Shown here: one piece after another, positions 36,425 to 46,130 of the stretch
Numbering within the stretch: position 1 is the stretch's first letter
Layout: every line of letters starts with the position of its first letter
DNA from: Candidatus Omnitrophota bacterium
Lineage (GTDB): Bacteria > Omnitrophota > Omnitrophia > Omnitrophales > Aquincolibacteriaceae
Length of the DNA: 64,000 nucleotides
Direction: 5' to 3'
Assembly (NCBI GenBank): GCA_023247055.1
Contig: JAHFHF010000003.1
Location: 36,367 to 100,366 of the forward strand
The notes under the pieces: model-generated
Seen by the model: only the letters and a program-made list of their open reading frames with translations
Databases searched by the model: none
Told to the model about the DNA's origin: nothing
Position numbers and translations under genes: made by a program

Positions 36425-38136
36425 TGAGTCAAGATGGGATAACGGGGCTTTTTGCGCCAAAATGGCCCCGGTTAGGGTGCGGAGTCGGGCTGCGGCCGAA
36501 ACACTACCCGGTCATTACAAGCGAGTGGCCGAAAGTCGATTGGTTTGAAGCCATTACTGAAAACTACATGGACTCCGGTGGCCGGCCTGCGGCCGTTTTA
36601 GAACAAATTCGCTCCCGTTATCCCATCGCCCTGCATGGCGTCGCGCTTTCCATCGGCTCCATGGATCCTTTGAATGAACAGTACCTCACCCGCCTGCAAA
36701 ATCTTGCCGAACGTATCCAGCCGGCGATCGTATCCGACCATTTGTGCTGGTCCGGCGCCGGCGGCGAACAGCTTCACGATTTGTTGCCGCTGCCCTTCAC
36801 GGAAGAAGCCATCCGCCACGTGGTTTCACGCGTCCAGCACGTCCAGGATAGGCTCAAAAGACCGATTCTGCTTGAAAATGTCTCGACGTATGTGACTTTC
36901 CGGCATGCTCAAATGCCTGAATGGGTCTTTCTTGCGGAAATTGCGCGGCGTTCCGGCTGCGGCATTTTGCTAGACCTCAACAACATCTATGTTAACGCGT
37001 GTAACCATGGTTTTGACGCAGCGGCTTATATTGATGCCGTGCCGGTTTCAAAAATCGGGCAATTTCATTTGGCGGGCCATACGGACATGGGCAAATTTCT
37101 TTTTGACACGCACAGTGCGCCCGTGATTGCGCCGGTTTGGGATTTGTACCGCAGAGCCCTTCAGCGCTGCGGTCCGGCCGCCACGCTGCTGGAATGGGAC
37201 GAAAATATTCCGGATTGGCCCCGCCTTGAAGAGGAATGCCGCCGTGCCCTAGAAATTTATGCGGAATTTGAGCATACGGAACCGGCCGCAGAGATCGAGA
37301 CTTCCATGGCTTCCCATCCGCCGACGGCGCAAAATCCGGGAAAGCCATTGCGTGAAATTCAAGGGATGATCAAATCTTACATCCAGCCTGCAGCCCGCAA
37401 GCCTAAAGATAAAATTTTTAATGCCCAGGGCGGCGAGCCGGGAGAAGCGAGAATGGCGGTTTATGCCGGCGGCTATCTTGCGCGCATCCATGAGAGTTTG
37501 TGCGAAGTCTACGAAACGGTGCGGAAAATTTTAGGCGCCGATGATTTTATGCAGCTGGCGGAAGCCTATGCTGTGCAATACCCTTCGCGGGATTATAACT
37601 TGACCCATGCCGGCCGGCATCTGCCCAAACTGCTGCGGGAATCCAAAGCCCCCGCAATCCTGAAACGCCCATACTTGACGGAGTTAGCACGCTTGGAATG
37701 GCTTCTCTCTGAAGCGTTCCATGCGTTCGACGAGACTGCTTTTGATCATGCGCAGATGGCCCGGATCGCGCCGGAAGCCTGGGAAGAGACGCGGATTTTT
37801 TTTCAGCCGTCAGTCCGGCTTTTTGAATCGGATTGGCCTGTTCTGACGTTATGGCAGGAGCGCGGCATTGAAACAATTCAAGAGTTTCAGGTCGCGGCAC
37901 CGCAGCAGGTATTAATCGGACGGCGTGGAACGCAAGTGCGCTGCGAAATTTTGGCCCCGTTTCAATACGCGCTCATAGAGGGTCTTCTGTCCGGTCAAAC
38001 CCTGGGAAAAGTCTGCGAGAGACTCGCCGAGGAATCCGCCGAAGCGGATCTTCCCGTTACGGAATGGTTTGCGCGCTGGGTGCAGGATGGCCTCATTGCC
38101 CGCTGCGAAGCCCCCAAACTTAAATCAGTGCCTTAG
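36424..38136 (+). CDS. bufBC: Fused MNIO (DUF692, multinuclear non-heme iron oxidative enzyme, MbnB/BufB-like) + DUF2063 (BufC/MbnC-like partner) protein
   Basis: The ATG at 36424 overlaps the bufA stop (TAATG). The N-terminal ~290 aa are DUF692 (GVGLRPKHY…DWFEAITENYMD…HGVALSIGS…). The C-terminal ~270 aa are DUF2063 (…MAVYAGGYLARIHESLCEVYETVRKILGADDFMQLAEAYAVQYPSRDYNLTHAGRHLPKLL…). It is one continuous 570-aa frame. Confidence 0.7.
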   Translation: MSQDGITGLFAPKWPRLGCGVGLRPKHYPVITSEWPKVDWFEAITENYMDSGGRPAAVLEQIRSRYPIALHGVALSIGSMDPLNEQYLTRLQNLAERIQPAIVSDHLCWSGAGGEQLHDLLPLPFTEEAIRHVVSRVQHVQDRLKRPILLENVSTYVTFRHAQMPEWVFLAEIARRSGCGILLDLNNIYVNACNHGFDAAAYIDAVPVSKIGQFHLAGHTDMGKFLFDTHSAPVIAPVWDLYRRALQRCGPAATLLEWDENIPDWPRLEEECRRALEIYAEFEHTEPAAEIETSMASHPPTAQNPGKPLREIQGMIKSYIQPAARKPKDKIFNAQGGEPGEARMAVYAGGYLARIHESLCEVYETVRKILGADDFMQLAEAYAVQYPSRDYNLTHAGRHLPKLLRESKAPAILKRPYLTELARLEWLLSEAFHAFDETAFDHAQMARIAPEAWEETRIFFQPSVRLFESDWPVLTLWQERGIETIQEFQVAAPQQVLIGRRGTQVRCEILAPFQYALIEGLLSGQTLGKVCERLAEESAEADLPVTEWFARWVQDGLIARCEAPKLKSVP

Positions 38137-38395
38137 CGGCTTCCCAGATATTTTCCGAAAAATATTTTACGCCTTTTACGAGCGCATTGTCTTCTTGGGT
38201 GCTATGCCAATAGCCCGCATTCTGCGTGAGGTAGGAAGACCGCCGCTCCTGTTTATAAAACTCATACCATTTTTTGGAGTTTGCGCCGGCAGGCCGGACG
38301 TAGGGATTGTCTTTGGCGGGGTTATATTGCGCCAAGGCGGAGAAGGAAAAGAGGCAGCAGACTGCAAAAATGAACAGGCCGAATTTAAATTTCAT
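38120..38395 (-). CDS. Small secreted hypothetical protein (91 aa)
   Basis: Signal peptide MKFKFGLFIFAVCCLFSFSALA. Start at the internal Met. Convergent with bufBC and overlaps it by 17 bp. Confidence 0.4.
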   Translation of the reverse strand: MKFKFGLFIFAVCCLFSFSALAQYNPAKDNPYVRPAGANSKKWYEFYKQERRSSYLTQNAGYWHSTQEDNALVKGVKYFSENIWEAAKALI

Positions 38396-38400
38396 GATAC

Positions 38401-40134
38401 TTAATGTTTCGGCGGATTTAGATTTTTCCCCACATAAATCCAGAGCAGGGCGGCCAAAACGCAAAGGCTGATGCCCGAAGTGGGCCGGCCCAGCAGCCAC
38501 TGCAGGGGCCCGATCGTGGTGGCGAAAAGGGCGGTGGTGGCTATGGCCCAAAGCTTCAGGCTCGCAAGCCATTCACGGCGGTTTTCACGAAGCTGCTTTT
38601 TGCCGATCCGGCAGCGCACAGCTGAAGGCCTCCAAAACCCCGGCGGCGTCACGCGGCGATAAAAATCATCCAGGGTTTGGGGATCGACAGGTTTTGTCAA
38701 GAGCGTGACGGGCAGCCAGACCAGCGCACTGCCGCAAATCATGAAAAGCAGGCCCAGCGGTGAGTTGACCGGAAGGCCGAATGCGGCAAAGACATACGGG
38801 CGGACTAAAATCACCGGCAGGCTGACGGCCAGGGCCGCAATTTCACTCCAGGGGTTGATGCGATGCCAAAACCAGCGCAATAGAAATACCGGCCCGACGG
38901 CCGCGGTGAGGTTCAGCACAAACGTAAACATGCCGCTGATGGATTCGGTAAAAAAAGCCACGCCCATGGCTCCGGCTGAAAGAACAAGGGGCGTAAGGCG
39001 GGCCGCAAGCACGTAATGCGATTCGGTTTTTCCCTTGGCTATGAAACGTTTATAAAAATCGCTGACAAAATACGACGAACCCCAATTGAGCTGGGTACTC
39101 ATGGTCGACATGAACGCCGCAAAAAAAGAGGCGACCATGACGCCTTTCCAGCCTGCCGGCAAGAGCGACATGGCCAGGCGGGGATAGGCGCGTTCATGAT
39201 CCGTCAAATCCGGCAGCAGCACCAGCGAGGCCAGCGCAGTCAAAATCCACGGCCAGGCGCGCAGGGCGTTTTGCGCGATATTGAACCAGAGCACGGCCAG
39301 CGCTGCCTGCTTTTCATCCTTACACGAATTCATGCGTTGGACAATGACGCCGCCGCCGTCGGTGTTTTTCCAGGCCCACCACTGAATCAAAATGATGCCG
39401 AGAAACCAGCCGAAGGGCGAGGCCAGAAACTCGCTGGGTGTTCCGCCGGAGACCGGCGGAAAAATATCCAGCTTGCCGGTGTGCTGCAAGGCTGTCGTGA
39501 TATGCGCCAGTCCACCTGCGGCGTTGACGGCATAAACAGCGAGTACAATCGCGCCGATCATGGCGATGATAAATTGAAAAAAGTCCGTGAGAATGACGCC
39601 CCAGTAGCCGGAGAGCGAGCAGTAAATTGTCGTTAGGCCCATGGCAAAAAAAATCGACCCGGGTTTGCTCCAGTGGGTTGTCTCCTGCATGATTTTGACC
39701 AGCCCGGTCATGGGCCAGGCGCCCATGATAAACACATTATAAAAAACGCCCCAATAAAGCGCTTTGAAGCCGCGCAGAAAAGCCGCAGGTCTGCCGCTGT
39801 AACGGCGCTCCACAAACTCCACTTCGGTCATGACCCCGGCGCGTTTCCACAGCCTGGAAAAAAAGAACACGGCCAGCATGGTGCTCATGGCCAGGCCCCA
39901 GACCTCCCAATTGCCCCAGATGCCTTTTTGGCGCACGATGCCGGTGATCAAAAGCGGCGTGTCGGAGGAAAAAGACGTGGCGGCCATGGACGTGCCCGCC
40001 AGCCACCAGCCCAGTTTGCGGTTGGAAGTAAAATACGACTCCAGGCCCTCGGAAGCTTTCTTGGTCAGAAGCAGGCCCAGAAAAAGACTCAGCCCGCAGA
40101 AAATAAAAACAATGGCCCAATCAATTGTCTGCAT
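38401..40134 (-). CDS. Sodium:solute symporter (SSF family)
   Basis: 13 or more TM helices and the SSF-type N-terminus. 577 aa. Confidence 0.75.
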   Translation of the reverse strand: MQTIDWAIVFIFCGLSLFLGLLLTKKASEGLESYFTSNRKLGWWLAGTSMAATSFSSDTPLLITGIVRQKGIWGNWEVWGLAMSTMLAVFFFSRLWKRAGVMTEVEFVERRYSGRPAAFLRGFKALYWGVFYNVFIMGAWPMTGLVKIMQETTHWSKPGSIFFAMGLTTIYCSLSGYWGVILTDFFQFIIAMIGAIVLAVYAVNAAGGLAHITTALQHTGKLDIFPPVSGGTPSEFLASPFGWFLGIILIQWWAWKNTDGGGVIVQRMNSCKDEKQAALAVLWFNIAQNALRAWPWILTALASLVLLPDLTDHERAYPRLAMSLLPAGWKGVMVASFFAAFMSTMSTQLNWGSSYFVSDFYKRFIAKGKTESHYVLAARLTPLVLSAGAMGVAFFTESISGMFTFVLNLTAAVGPVFLLRWFWHRINPWSEIAALAVSLPVILVRPYVFAAFGLPVNSPLGLLFMICGSALVWLPVTLLTKPVDPQTLDDFYRRVTPPGFWRPSAVRCRIGKKQLRENRREWLASLKLWAIATTALFATTIGPLQWLLGRPTSGISLCVLAALLWIYVGKNLNPPKH

Positions 40135-40175
40135 GAAACTATTCTCCGTCTTTGCAGCTTAGGCTTAGTGAGTAC

Positions 40176-40268
40176 TCCCTCTCCCTTTGGGAGAGGGTTG
40201 GGGTGAGGGAGTGAATATCTGTTGGATTTCCCCTCATCCTAACCTTCTCCCCAGAGGGGAGAAGGAAT
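40176..40268. repeat. Structured GC-hairpin repeat element (family 3: GGGATGAGGG-loop-CCCTCATCC + CCTTCTCCC-NNN-GGGAGAAGG), copy 1
   Basis: ccctctccctttgggagaggg; gggttggggtgaggga…tcccctcatcctaacc; ccttctccccagaggggagaagg. A second copy is at 41471-41530. Confidence 0.65.
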
Positions 40269-40319
40269 AAAACAAAACGTGCATACAACGTTAAGGGTTT
40301 CAGTTTACGCAAGGAAGTC

Positions 40320-41429
40320 TTACCTTACTGGGTTTTCAGGAATGATTTTTCCAAGAATACAAGCGCGGCGCGCGCCTGTCGTTTCCGGCAGATGATTGAC
40401 TTGGCCTTGAATCGCACGCAGGGCAAAAAAAGCAAAGGCGAGGGGTTCCTTGGCCTGGGCCGGCAGTCCCAGCGATTCCGCAGACAAAACTTTGGCAGGC
40501 TGGAGTAAGTCTTTGAGATGGGCCATCAAAACCGGGTTGAGCGCGCCGCCGCCGCTGACAATGACTTCCCGAATTTTATAGGGGGCAAAGCGCCAATAAC
40601 TGTCGGCAATGCTCCAGGCGGTAAACAGGGTTAGCGTTGCCAGAATGTCCTCAGGTCCGAATTTCCAAAACGCGGCCGGGATCATTTCTTCGCAGAACAA
40701 TTCTTTGCCTGTGGATTTAGGCGGCCTGCGTTTAAAGTAAGGCTGGCGCTGAAGTTTGCTGAACAAATCCGGCAGGATTTTTCCGCGGCGCGCTAGCGCG
40801 CCATTTTTGTCAAAGGCTTTGCGCCCCTTCGTAAAATGCCGCACGGCCGCATCCATCAGCGCATTGCCCGGCCCGTTGTCAAAAGCCAGGGGCGGCAGGC
40901 CCTTTTTGACAAAAGTGACATTGGCAATGCCGCCGATATTCTGCAGGGCGCGCCCGTATTTTTCAGAAAAAAAGTATTGATCAAAAAAAGGCATCAGCGG
41001 CGCCCCTTCGCCGCCCGCAGCGATATCGCGCGGCCGGAAATCAGCCACAACCGGAATACCGGTTTTTTCTGCAATACAAGAAGGCTCGCCGATCTGCAGC
41101 GTATTTGCCGGAGAATCGTCCGGCCCGTGATAGACCGTCTGGCCGTGCGAACCGATCACGGTGACTTTTTTGGAAGACGTGCCGGTTTTTTTAAGAAAAG
41201 CCCCGGCCTGGTCTGCGAAAAAATGGCCGAGTTCAAAGTTGAGACGGGAAAGTTCTGAGGTTTTCAGGCTGAGGGCGCCTGTTATTTTTGCAGTCAAAGC
41301 CGCCGGATAGGGAATAGTGCGGTAAGCCCGTAGTTTGAATGTCTGCGGCGTGAATTCTCCAAGAGCCAGCGAAAGGCCATCCGCGGAAGTGCCGGACATC
41401 ATACCAAGAGCCAGGAGGGGAGGACGCAT
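40320..41429 (-). CDS. anmK: Anhydro-N-acetylmuramic acid kinase
   Basis: LALGMMSGTSADGLSLAL… N-terminal AnmK signature. Confidence 0.85.
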   Translation of the reverse strand: MRPPLLALGMMSGTSADGLSLALGEFTPQTFKLRAYRTIPYPAALTAKITGALSLKTSELSRLNFELGHFFADQAGAFLKKTGTSSKKVTVIGSHGQTVYHGPDDSPANTLQIGEPSCIAEKTGIPVVADFRPRDIAAGGEGAPLMPFFDQYFFSEKYGRALQNIGGIANVTFVKKGLPPLAFDNGPGNALMDAAVRHFTKGRKAFDKNGALARRGKILPDLFSKLQRQPYFKRRPPKSTGKELFCEEMIPAAFWKFGPEDILATLTLFTAWSIADSYWRFAPYKIREVIVSGGGALNPVLMAHLKDLLQPAKVLSAESLGLPAQAKEPLAFAFFALRAIQGQVNHLPETTGARRACILGKIIPENPVR

Positions 41430-41470
41430 TTAATTAAGCCGCGATTTCTCCTCTGTCTCCGTGCAGAGGT

Positions 41471-41530
41471 CGGGATGAGGGAAGAACATGTTTCCCCTCA
41501 TCCTAGCCTTCTCCCGGAGGGAGAAGGAAT
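41471..41530. repeat. Family-3 GC-hairpin repeat element, copy 2
   Basis: gggatgagggaagaacatgtttcccctcatcc + ccttctcccggagggagaagg, in the murQ-anmK spacer. Confidence 0.65.
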
Positions 41531-42427
41531 ATTCTGTAAAGCTTTTGCTAAAAAACCAGCAGCGGCGGCTAATTTTTTTTGAGCAGCACTTACATTCAAA
41601 CCGGTGCGCGCCATCAGAATGGCGGTTTTGGCATTACATCCGGACTGAGCCAGCAGGGTTTTGGCTTTTTTTTCCGGCACGCCGCCCAAATGAGCGACAA
41701 GCCGCAGCGCCCGCGCTTCGAGTTTTTTGGATTTAGGCTGCAAGTCGATCATCCAGTTCTGATAGACCTTGCCCAGCTGCACCATGGAGAGAACAGTCAG
41801 CCGGTTCAGGATCAACTTCGTGGCCGTGCCTGCCTTCAGGCGGGTTGAACCTGAAATCACCTCAGGTCCTGTAACGGCGGCAATAACGCATTCGGCCGGT
41901 ACGTTTGACGGAATTTTTTTATTGCAGCTCACCAGGATGGTGCGGACTTTTCTCTTTTGCGCGGCTTCGAGCGCGCCGTAAACAAAAGGCGTGACACCGC
42001 TGGCGGCAATGCCGACCACCACATCCTTAGACGTTAATTTTTTTAAAAAAATACGGTAACCGTCGGTGCGGTCATCCTCAGCGCCTTCTTTTGAGCGGAA
42101 AACGGCGGATTTGCCGCCGGCCATAATGCCCTGAACGAGGGAAGGCGACGTACTGAAAGTCGGCGGGCATTCGGCGGCTTCAATCACGCCCAGCCGTCCG
42201 CTGGTGCCTGCGCCGGCAAAAAAAAGCCGGCCGCCGCCGCGTAGCGCGGCCGTGATGATCCGCACGGCCCGGGTCACCTGCTTTTTTTCACGGTAAACCG
42301 CCCGGGCTACTGAGGCGTCTTCGCGGTGCATGAGATCGAAAGCTTTTTCGATCGAAATGCGGTCGATTTTGCGGGTGCGCGGGTTGGCTTGTTCGGTGCT
42401 GAGCCTGCCGTAAGAAATGCCTGCCAT
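41498..42427 (-). CDS. murQ: N-acetylmuramic acid 6-phosphate etherase (SIS domain)
   Basis: …FFAGAGTSGRLGVIEAAECPPTF… SIS-domain and MurQ pattern. Confidence 0.85.
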   Translation of the reverse strand: MAGISYGRLSTEQANPRTRKIDRISIEKAFDLMHREDASVARAVYREKKQVTRAVRIITAALRGGGRLFFAGAGTSGRLGVIEAAECPPTFSTSPSLVQGIMAGGKSAVFRSKEGAEDDRTDGYRIFLKKLTSKDVVVGIAASGVTPFVYGALEAAQKRKVRTILVSCNKKIPSNVPAECVIAAVTGPEVISGSTRLKAGTATKLILNRLTVLSMVQLGKVYQNWMIDLQPKSKKLEARALRLVAHLGGVPEKKAKTLLAQSGCNAKTAILMARTGLNVSAAQKKLAAAAGFLAKALQNIPSPSGRRLG

Positions 42428-42623
42428 GCAAGGCAGAATAGCACGCTCTATTCTGGGGACACAATACTTAATTCAGGTTTACTACCCCATCCGACTCCAT
42501 ATTAAAAGAGTGTGAGCCGGAAATGACGGTCGAGAAACTGCTTGGACTTGCAGGCTATTCGCAGCCCCGGCTAGAAGGAACCGGCTGAAGGCTGTGTGAT
42601 TTAGGGAGAGGCCTGGGCAGCGG

Positions 42624-43487
42624 CTAACAGAGCGTCTTTTTTTTATCTGAAATGAATGGACAGGCCCGGATAAAGTTTTCCGGATGGTGTATGGCAATAA
42701 AAGCGGCTCGCGCAGCTTTTGCCAGATCGGCGCTTGTGATCTGCGTCATCATGGCAGGGGCCGCTTCGCAGCCGTTGGAATGCAAATAGTCAAAAAACTT
42801 GACATCATCTCCAATGGGATTGTTGCTGATTTTGATCCAGACCGCCGGAATGCCATAGGCATGCGCTGCAATCAAGGCATGCAGTGAACTCGTTGCGATG
42901 ATTTCGCACTTATTGATTTCATGGCAAAATCCGTACAGATCGTGCGTGGCAGTGTTAATGACTTTGACTGCGGGATCCTGGACCGTCTGGATAAGACCAA
43001 AGTCGCGCCAATGCAGCACAACGCCCAACCGCCGCCGTTTTGGCACTTGGTGCATAGGATAAACATCTTTGACAGAAATCCCCGCATCTCCGTAAATTTC
43101 GGGACACTCGCCCCCGCCTTTGAGAATATTTTTTCGCGTATAAGGCCCGCGGACGGCATAATAGACGGTCCTCGGATTGGGAATAGCGGCCTTTCGAATA
43201 ATCCCTGCGCCCCAAACATTCGAATTTTCATTATTCGTATGACCTAAAAAAGAACCGATGACGACGTAATGTCTCTTGGAGATTTCCGTAAAAAAAACAG
43301 GTTTTTCTGATAAAAATTCAGTGACCAAAGGCCCAAACGAATCACCCCAGTTGGTCATCCGCGGCCAGTGCAGGGGTACTCCGTAAGATGCCGCACTGAC
43401 CGCCTGCGAAGAAACCTTGGCAAAACGCCGGCGCAGATGGCGATGCCGCCACATCCGAAAAGCCATTTTAAAGGGATTTATCCTCAA
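42624..43487 (-). CDS. Polysaccharide pyruvyl transferase family protein
   Basis: HWPRMTNWGDSFGP…, typical of the CsaB/WcaK-type family. Flanked by duplicated murQ 5' fragments. Confidence 0.5.
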   Translation of the reverse strand: MRINPFKMAFRMWRHRHLRRRFAKVSSQAVSAASYGVPLHWPRMTNWGDSFGPLVTEFLSEKPVFFTEISKRHYVVIGSFLGHTNNENSNVWGAGIIRKAAIPNPRTVYYAVRGPYTRKNILKGGGECPEIYGDAGISVKDVYPMHQVPKRRRLGVVLHWRDFGLIQTVQDPAVKVINTATHDLYGFCHEINKCEIIATSSLHALIAAHAYGIPAVWIKISNNPIGDDVKFFDYLHSNGCEAAPAMMTQITSADLAKAARAAFIAIHHPENFIRACPFISDKKKTLC

Positions 43488-43540
43488 AGCACCTATTTTT
43501 GATGAGGTCTATCATAAAGAAGCGGCCGCTCAGACGCAAT

Positions 43541-43684
43541 AAGCAGCCTGTGTTGCCGGCGCATCTTCACGGTGCATCAGATCAAAGGCCTGTTCAATCG
43601 AAAGCCGGTCAATTTTGCGGGTGCGCGGGTTGGCTTGTTCGGTGCTGAGCCGGCCGTAAGAAATGCCTGCCATACAGGGCAGAA
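43541..43684 (-). pseudogene. murQ: Truncated duplicate of the murQ 5' end (first ~35 codons plus upstream region)
   Basis: The reverse complement encodes MAGISYGRLSTEQANPRTRKIDRLSIEQAFDLMHREDA… then diverges and stops. It is ~85% identical at the DNA level to 42306-42495, including a perfect 40-bp core. Confidence 0.75.
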
Positions 43685-43910
43685 TAGCAGGGCCTATTTG
43701 GAGGATACAATATTAATCTCATCCATGCCAGTTGCCTCATATTAAAACCTTACCGTAGCTTGAATGGCCAGTGACTCGATGCAGAGTCCTGCATAAACTC
43801 CCCAGTCAGTTTTGCCGATATAAACATATCCGTTTTCCATAGAATCTTTTTGGCCGTAAGGAGTTACGTCAATTTTTATCAGCCGTTTCACACATGGAAT
43901 CAGCTCGATC

Positions 43911-45458
43911 GTGCTTGCGGTATTCATGCATGCAGGCATTGCGTCTGCCGCTGATATGGGCAGAACTTATCGGACTGTTCGTAATGAGATTCTTAAAGAG
44001 GAAATCAGCGGCCTTGAAGATAAACTGGCAGAGATGAATCTTTTTGAAACCAATCCGCTTTCAGCGGAGGAATGGCACTTGTCGCTTGAAGAGTACACCC
44101 AGCTTGTCCTGAGACAGAATATCAACATCCAAGTCTCTTATTTAGACCTTGATACGTCCAGGCGGGATATCGATAAGAAAAAGGCTGTTTTTGATCCCGC
44201 GACGGCGTTGAGTTCCGGATATGCCCATGAACGGAGCCCGGTCGATGCAGGGACATCCGGTATCGTGACAGATACGATGACGAATCGTCTTTCGGTGCAA
44301 AAGGAGTTTTTTACAGGAGGGACCGTGGCTGTGGGCGGAACCGTCGAACGCAGCGGCGATTCAGATCATACGCATGCTTCTGATTTTAGGGTAAGCGTTT
44401 CACAGCCGGTGCTTAAAAATTTTTTGGTCGATCGCAAACGGATAAAAATTTCCGTCGCAAACTATAAGATCGGGATCGAGACGCTGAGAGATCAAATCAT
44501 CGACCGCATTGCAGAGGCTCAGATTGCCTATTGGGAGCTTGTTCTTGCCCGTGAGGTTCTGGCCGCGCGCACGACGGCTTACCGGCAGGCCCTGGAAATT
44601 CTGCATGTCGCCAAAAAAGGATTGAGGATCGGCAACAGGACGAAAACCGATGTGCTGCAGGCGCAGGCCAGTGCCGCAAGCCGCAAGGAAGATATTTTGC
44701 AGGCCCGTAAAAATTTGCAGGATCGCGAGGACATCCTGAAAAAAATTATGGCCGGTCCATCCTTGTCCGGCTGGGATGAGCGTAAGATCGCAACCGACGA
44801 GGTTAAGCCCGATTTTAAACTTGAGGACGCCAATCCCCAGGCCAATCTCCGGCAGGCCCTGCAGAATCGTCCGGATTACCGGCAAGCCCTGCATCAGCTC
44901 GAAACGGATCAGTTGGATCTGTCTATTGCCAAAAACGGATTATTGCCGAGCGTTTCCGTCGATTACGGTTTTAATCTCAACGGGACGGGCGATACGGGCC
45001 GCGATACATTCAATAGTGCCTTTGGCGGACGGTTTCCTGGCAATACTGTTGGGCTGACATTCAGCATGCCCTGGTTTGACCGCGAGGAATTTGCTGAATA
45101 CCACCAGAAAAAAAATGATTTTCAAGGCCAGAAGCTGCGGATCAAGGATCTGGCTCTGACGATTGTCAGGGAAGTCCGCGAAAGAGTCCGGCAAGTGCGC
45201 ACGACCATCGAGCGGGTGCGGGTCGCTAAAAGAGCCTATGAACTTCAGGAGCAAAAATTGGAAGCTGAACAAAAACGTTATGAAATCGGTGTGGCCACAA
45301 GCTTTGAGGTGCTGACCTTCCAGCAGGATGTGGCCAATGCGCGCGTGGCGCGGATCCGTGCTATCGTGGATTATTATGAAGCGCTTATTCAACTGTGGCA
45401 GACCTTGGGTGTGACGCTTGAGAAAAACGGGATTATTTTTGAAGAAATCTCCGCATGA
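43911..45458 (+). CDS. TolC-like outer-membrane efflux protein (OEP family)
   Basis: 515 aa with two OEP repeats and coiled-coil rich regions. GTG start. Confidence 0.7.
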   Translation: MLAVFMHAGIASAADMGRTYRTVRNEILKEEISGLEDKLAEMNLFETNPLSAEEWHLSLEEYTQLVLRQNINIQVSYLDLDTSRRDIDKKKAVFDPATALSSGYAHERSPVDAGTSGIVTDTMTNRLSVQKEFFTGGTVAVGGTVERSGDSDHTHASDFRVSVSQPVLKNFLVDRKRIKISVANYKIGIETLRDQIIDRIAEAQIAYWELVLAREVLAARTTAYRQALEILHVAKKGLRIGNRTKTDVLQAQASAASRKEDILQARKNLQDREDILKKIMAGPSLSGWDERKIATDEVKPDFKLEDANPQANLRQALQNRPDYRQALHQLETDQLDLSIAKNGLLPSVSVDYGFNLNGTGDTGRDTFNSAFGGRFPGNTVGLTFSMPWFDREEFAEYHQKKNDFQGQKLRIKDLALTIVREVRERVRQVRTTIERVRVAKRAYELQEQKLEAEQKRYEIGVATSFEVLTFQQDVANARVARIRAIVDYYEALIQLWQTLGVTLEKNGIIFEEISA

Positions 45459-46117
45459 TCGAACTTCAGGACGTCAGCAGGATCTACAGGGTAGGTGGTC
45501 AAGAAGTCAAAGCCGTGGCCGGCATCTCACTGAAGATTGAACGGGGTGATTTTGTTGCCCTGCGGGGGCCTTCGGGATCAGGCAAATCTTCGATCATGAA
45601 CATCCTCGGCTGCTTGGACAAGCCCACGGCCGGGCATTATTTTCTGGACGGGCAGAATGTGAGTTTTTTAAATGACCGCGAGTTGGCCGCAGTCCGTAAC
45701 CGGAAAATCGGGTTTGTGCATCAAAACTTCAACTTGCTGCCGCGGCTCAATGCCATGGAAAACGTCGAACTTCCGATGACTTATGCAGGCGTAGTCCGGC
45801 AGGAGCGGATAGAGCGCGCCCGCGAGGCCCTGCAGACGGTCGGGCTCGCGCACCGTCTGGATCACCACCCCGTGCAGCTGTCCGGGGGCGAACAGCAGCG
45901 CGTGGCTATTGCCCGGGCGCTAGTGAATGCGGCGCCTTTAATTCTGGCGGATGAACCGACGGGTAACTTAGACTCGAAATCCAGTGTCGAAATCATGACT
46001 ATTCTGCAGTCCTTGAATGAGAGGGGTTCGACCATTGTTTTGGTTACCCATGAAGCGGATGTGGCGGAGTGGGCGCGGCATTCGGTTTATTTCAAAGACG
46101 GCAAACTGGCCCATTAA
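45455..46117 (+). CDS. ABC transporter ATP-binding protein (MacB/LolD-type)
   Basis: [35 protein letters not shown]. Confidence 0.85.
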   Translation: MIELQDVSRIYRVGGQEVKAVAGISLKIERGDFVALRGPSGSGKSSIMNILGCLDKPTAGHYFLDGQNVSFLNDRELAAVRNRKIGFVHQNFNLLPRLNAMENVELPMTYAGVVRQERIERAREALQTVGLAHRLDHHPVQLSGGEQQRVAIARALVNAAPLILADEPTGNLDSKSSVEIMTILQSLNERGSTIVLVTHEADVAEWARHSVYFKDGKLAH

Positions 46118-46130
46118 AGGGGGAAACACG

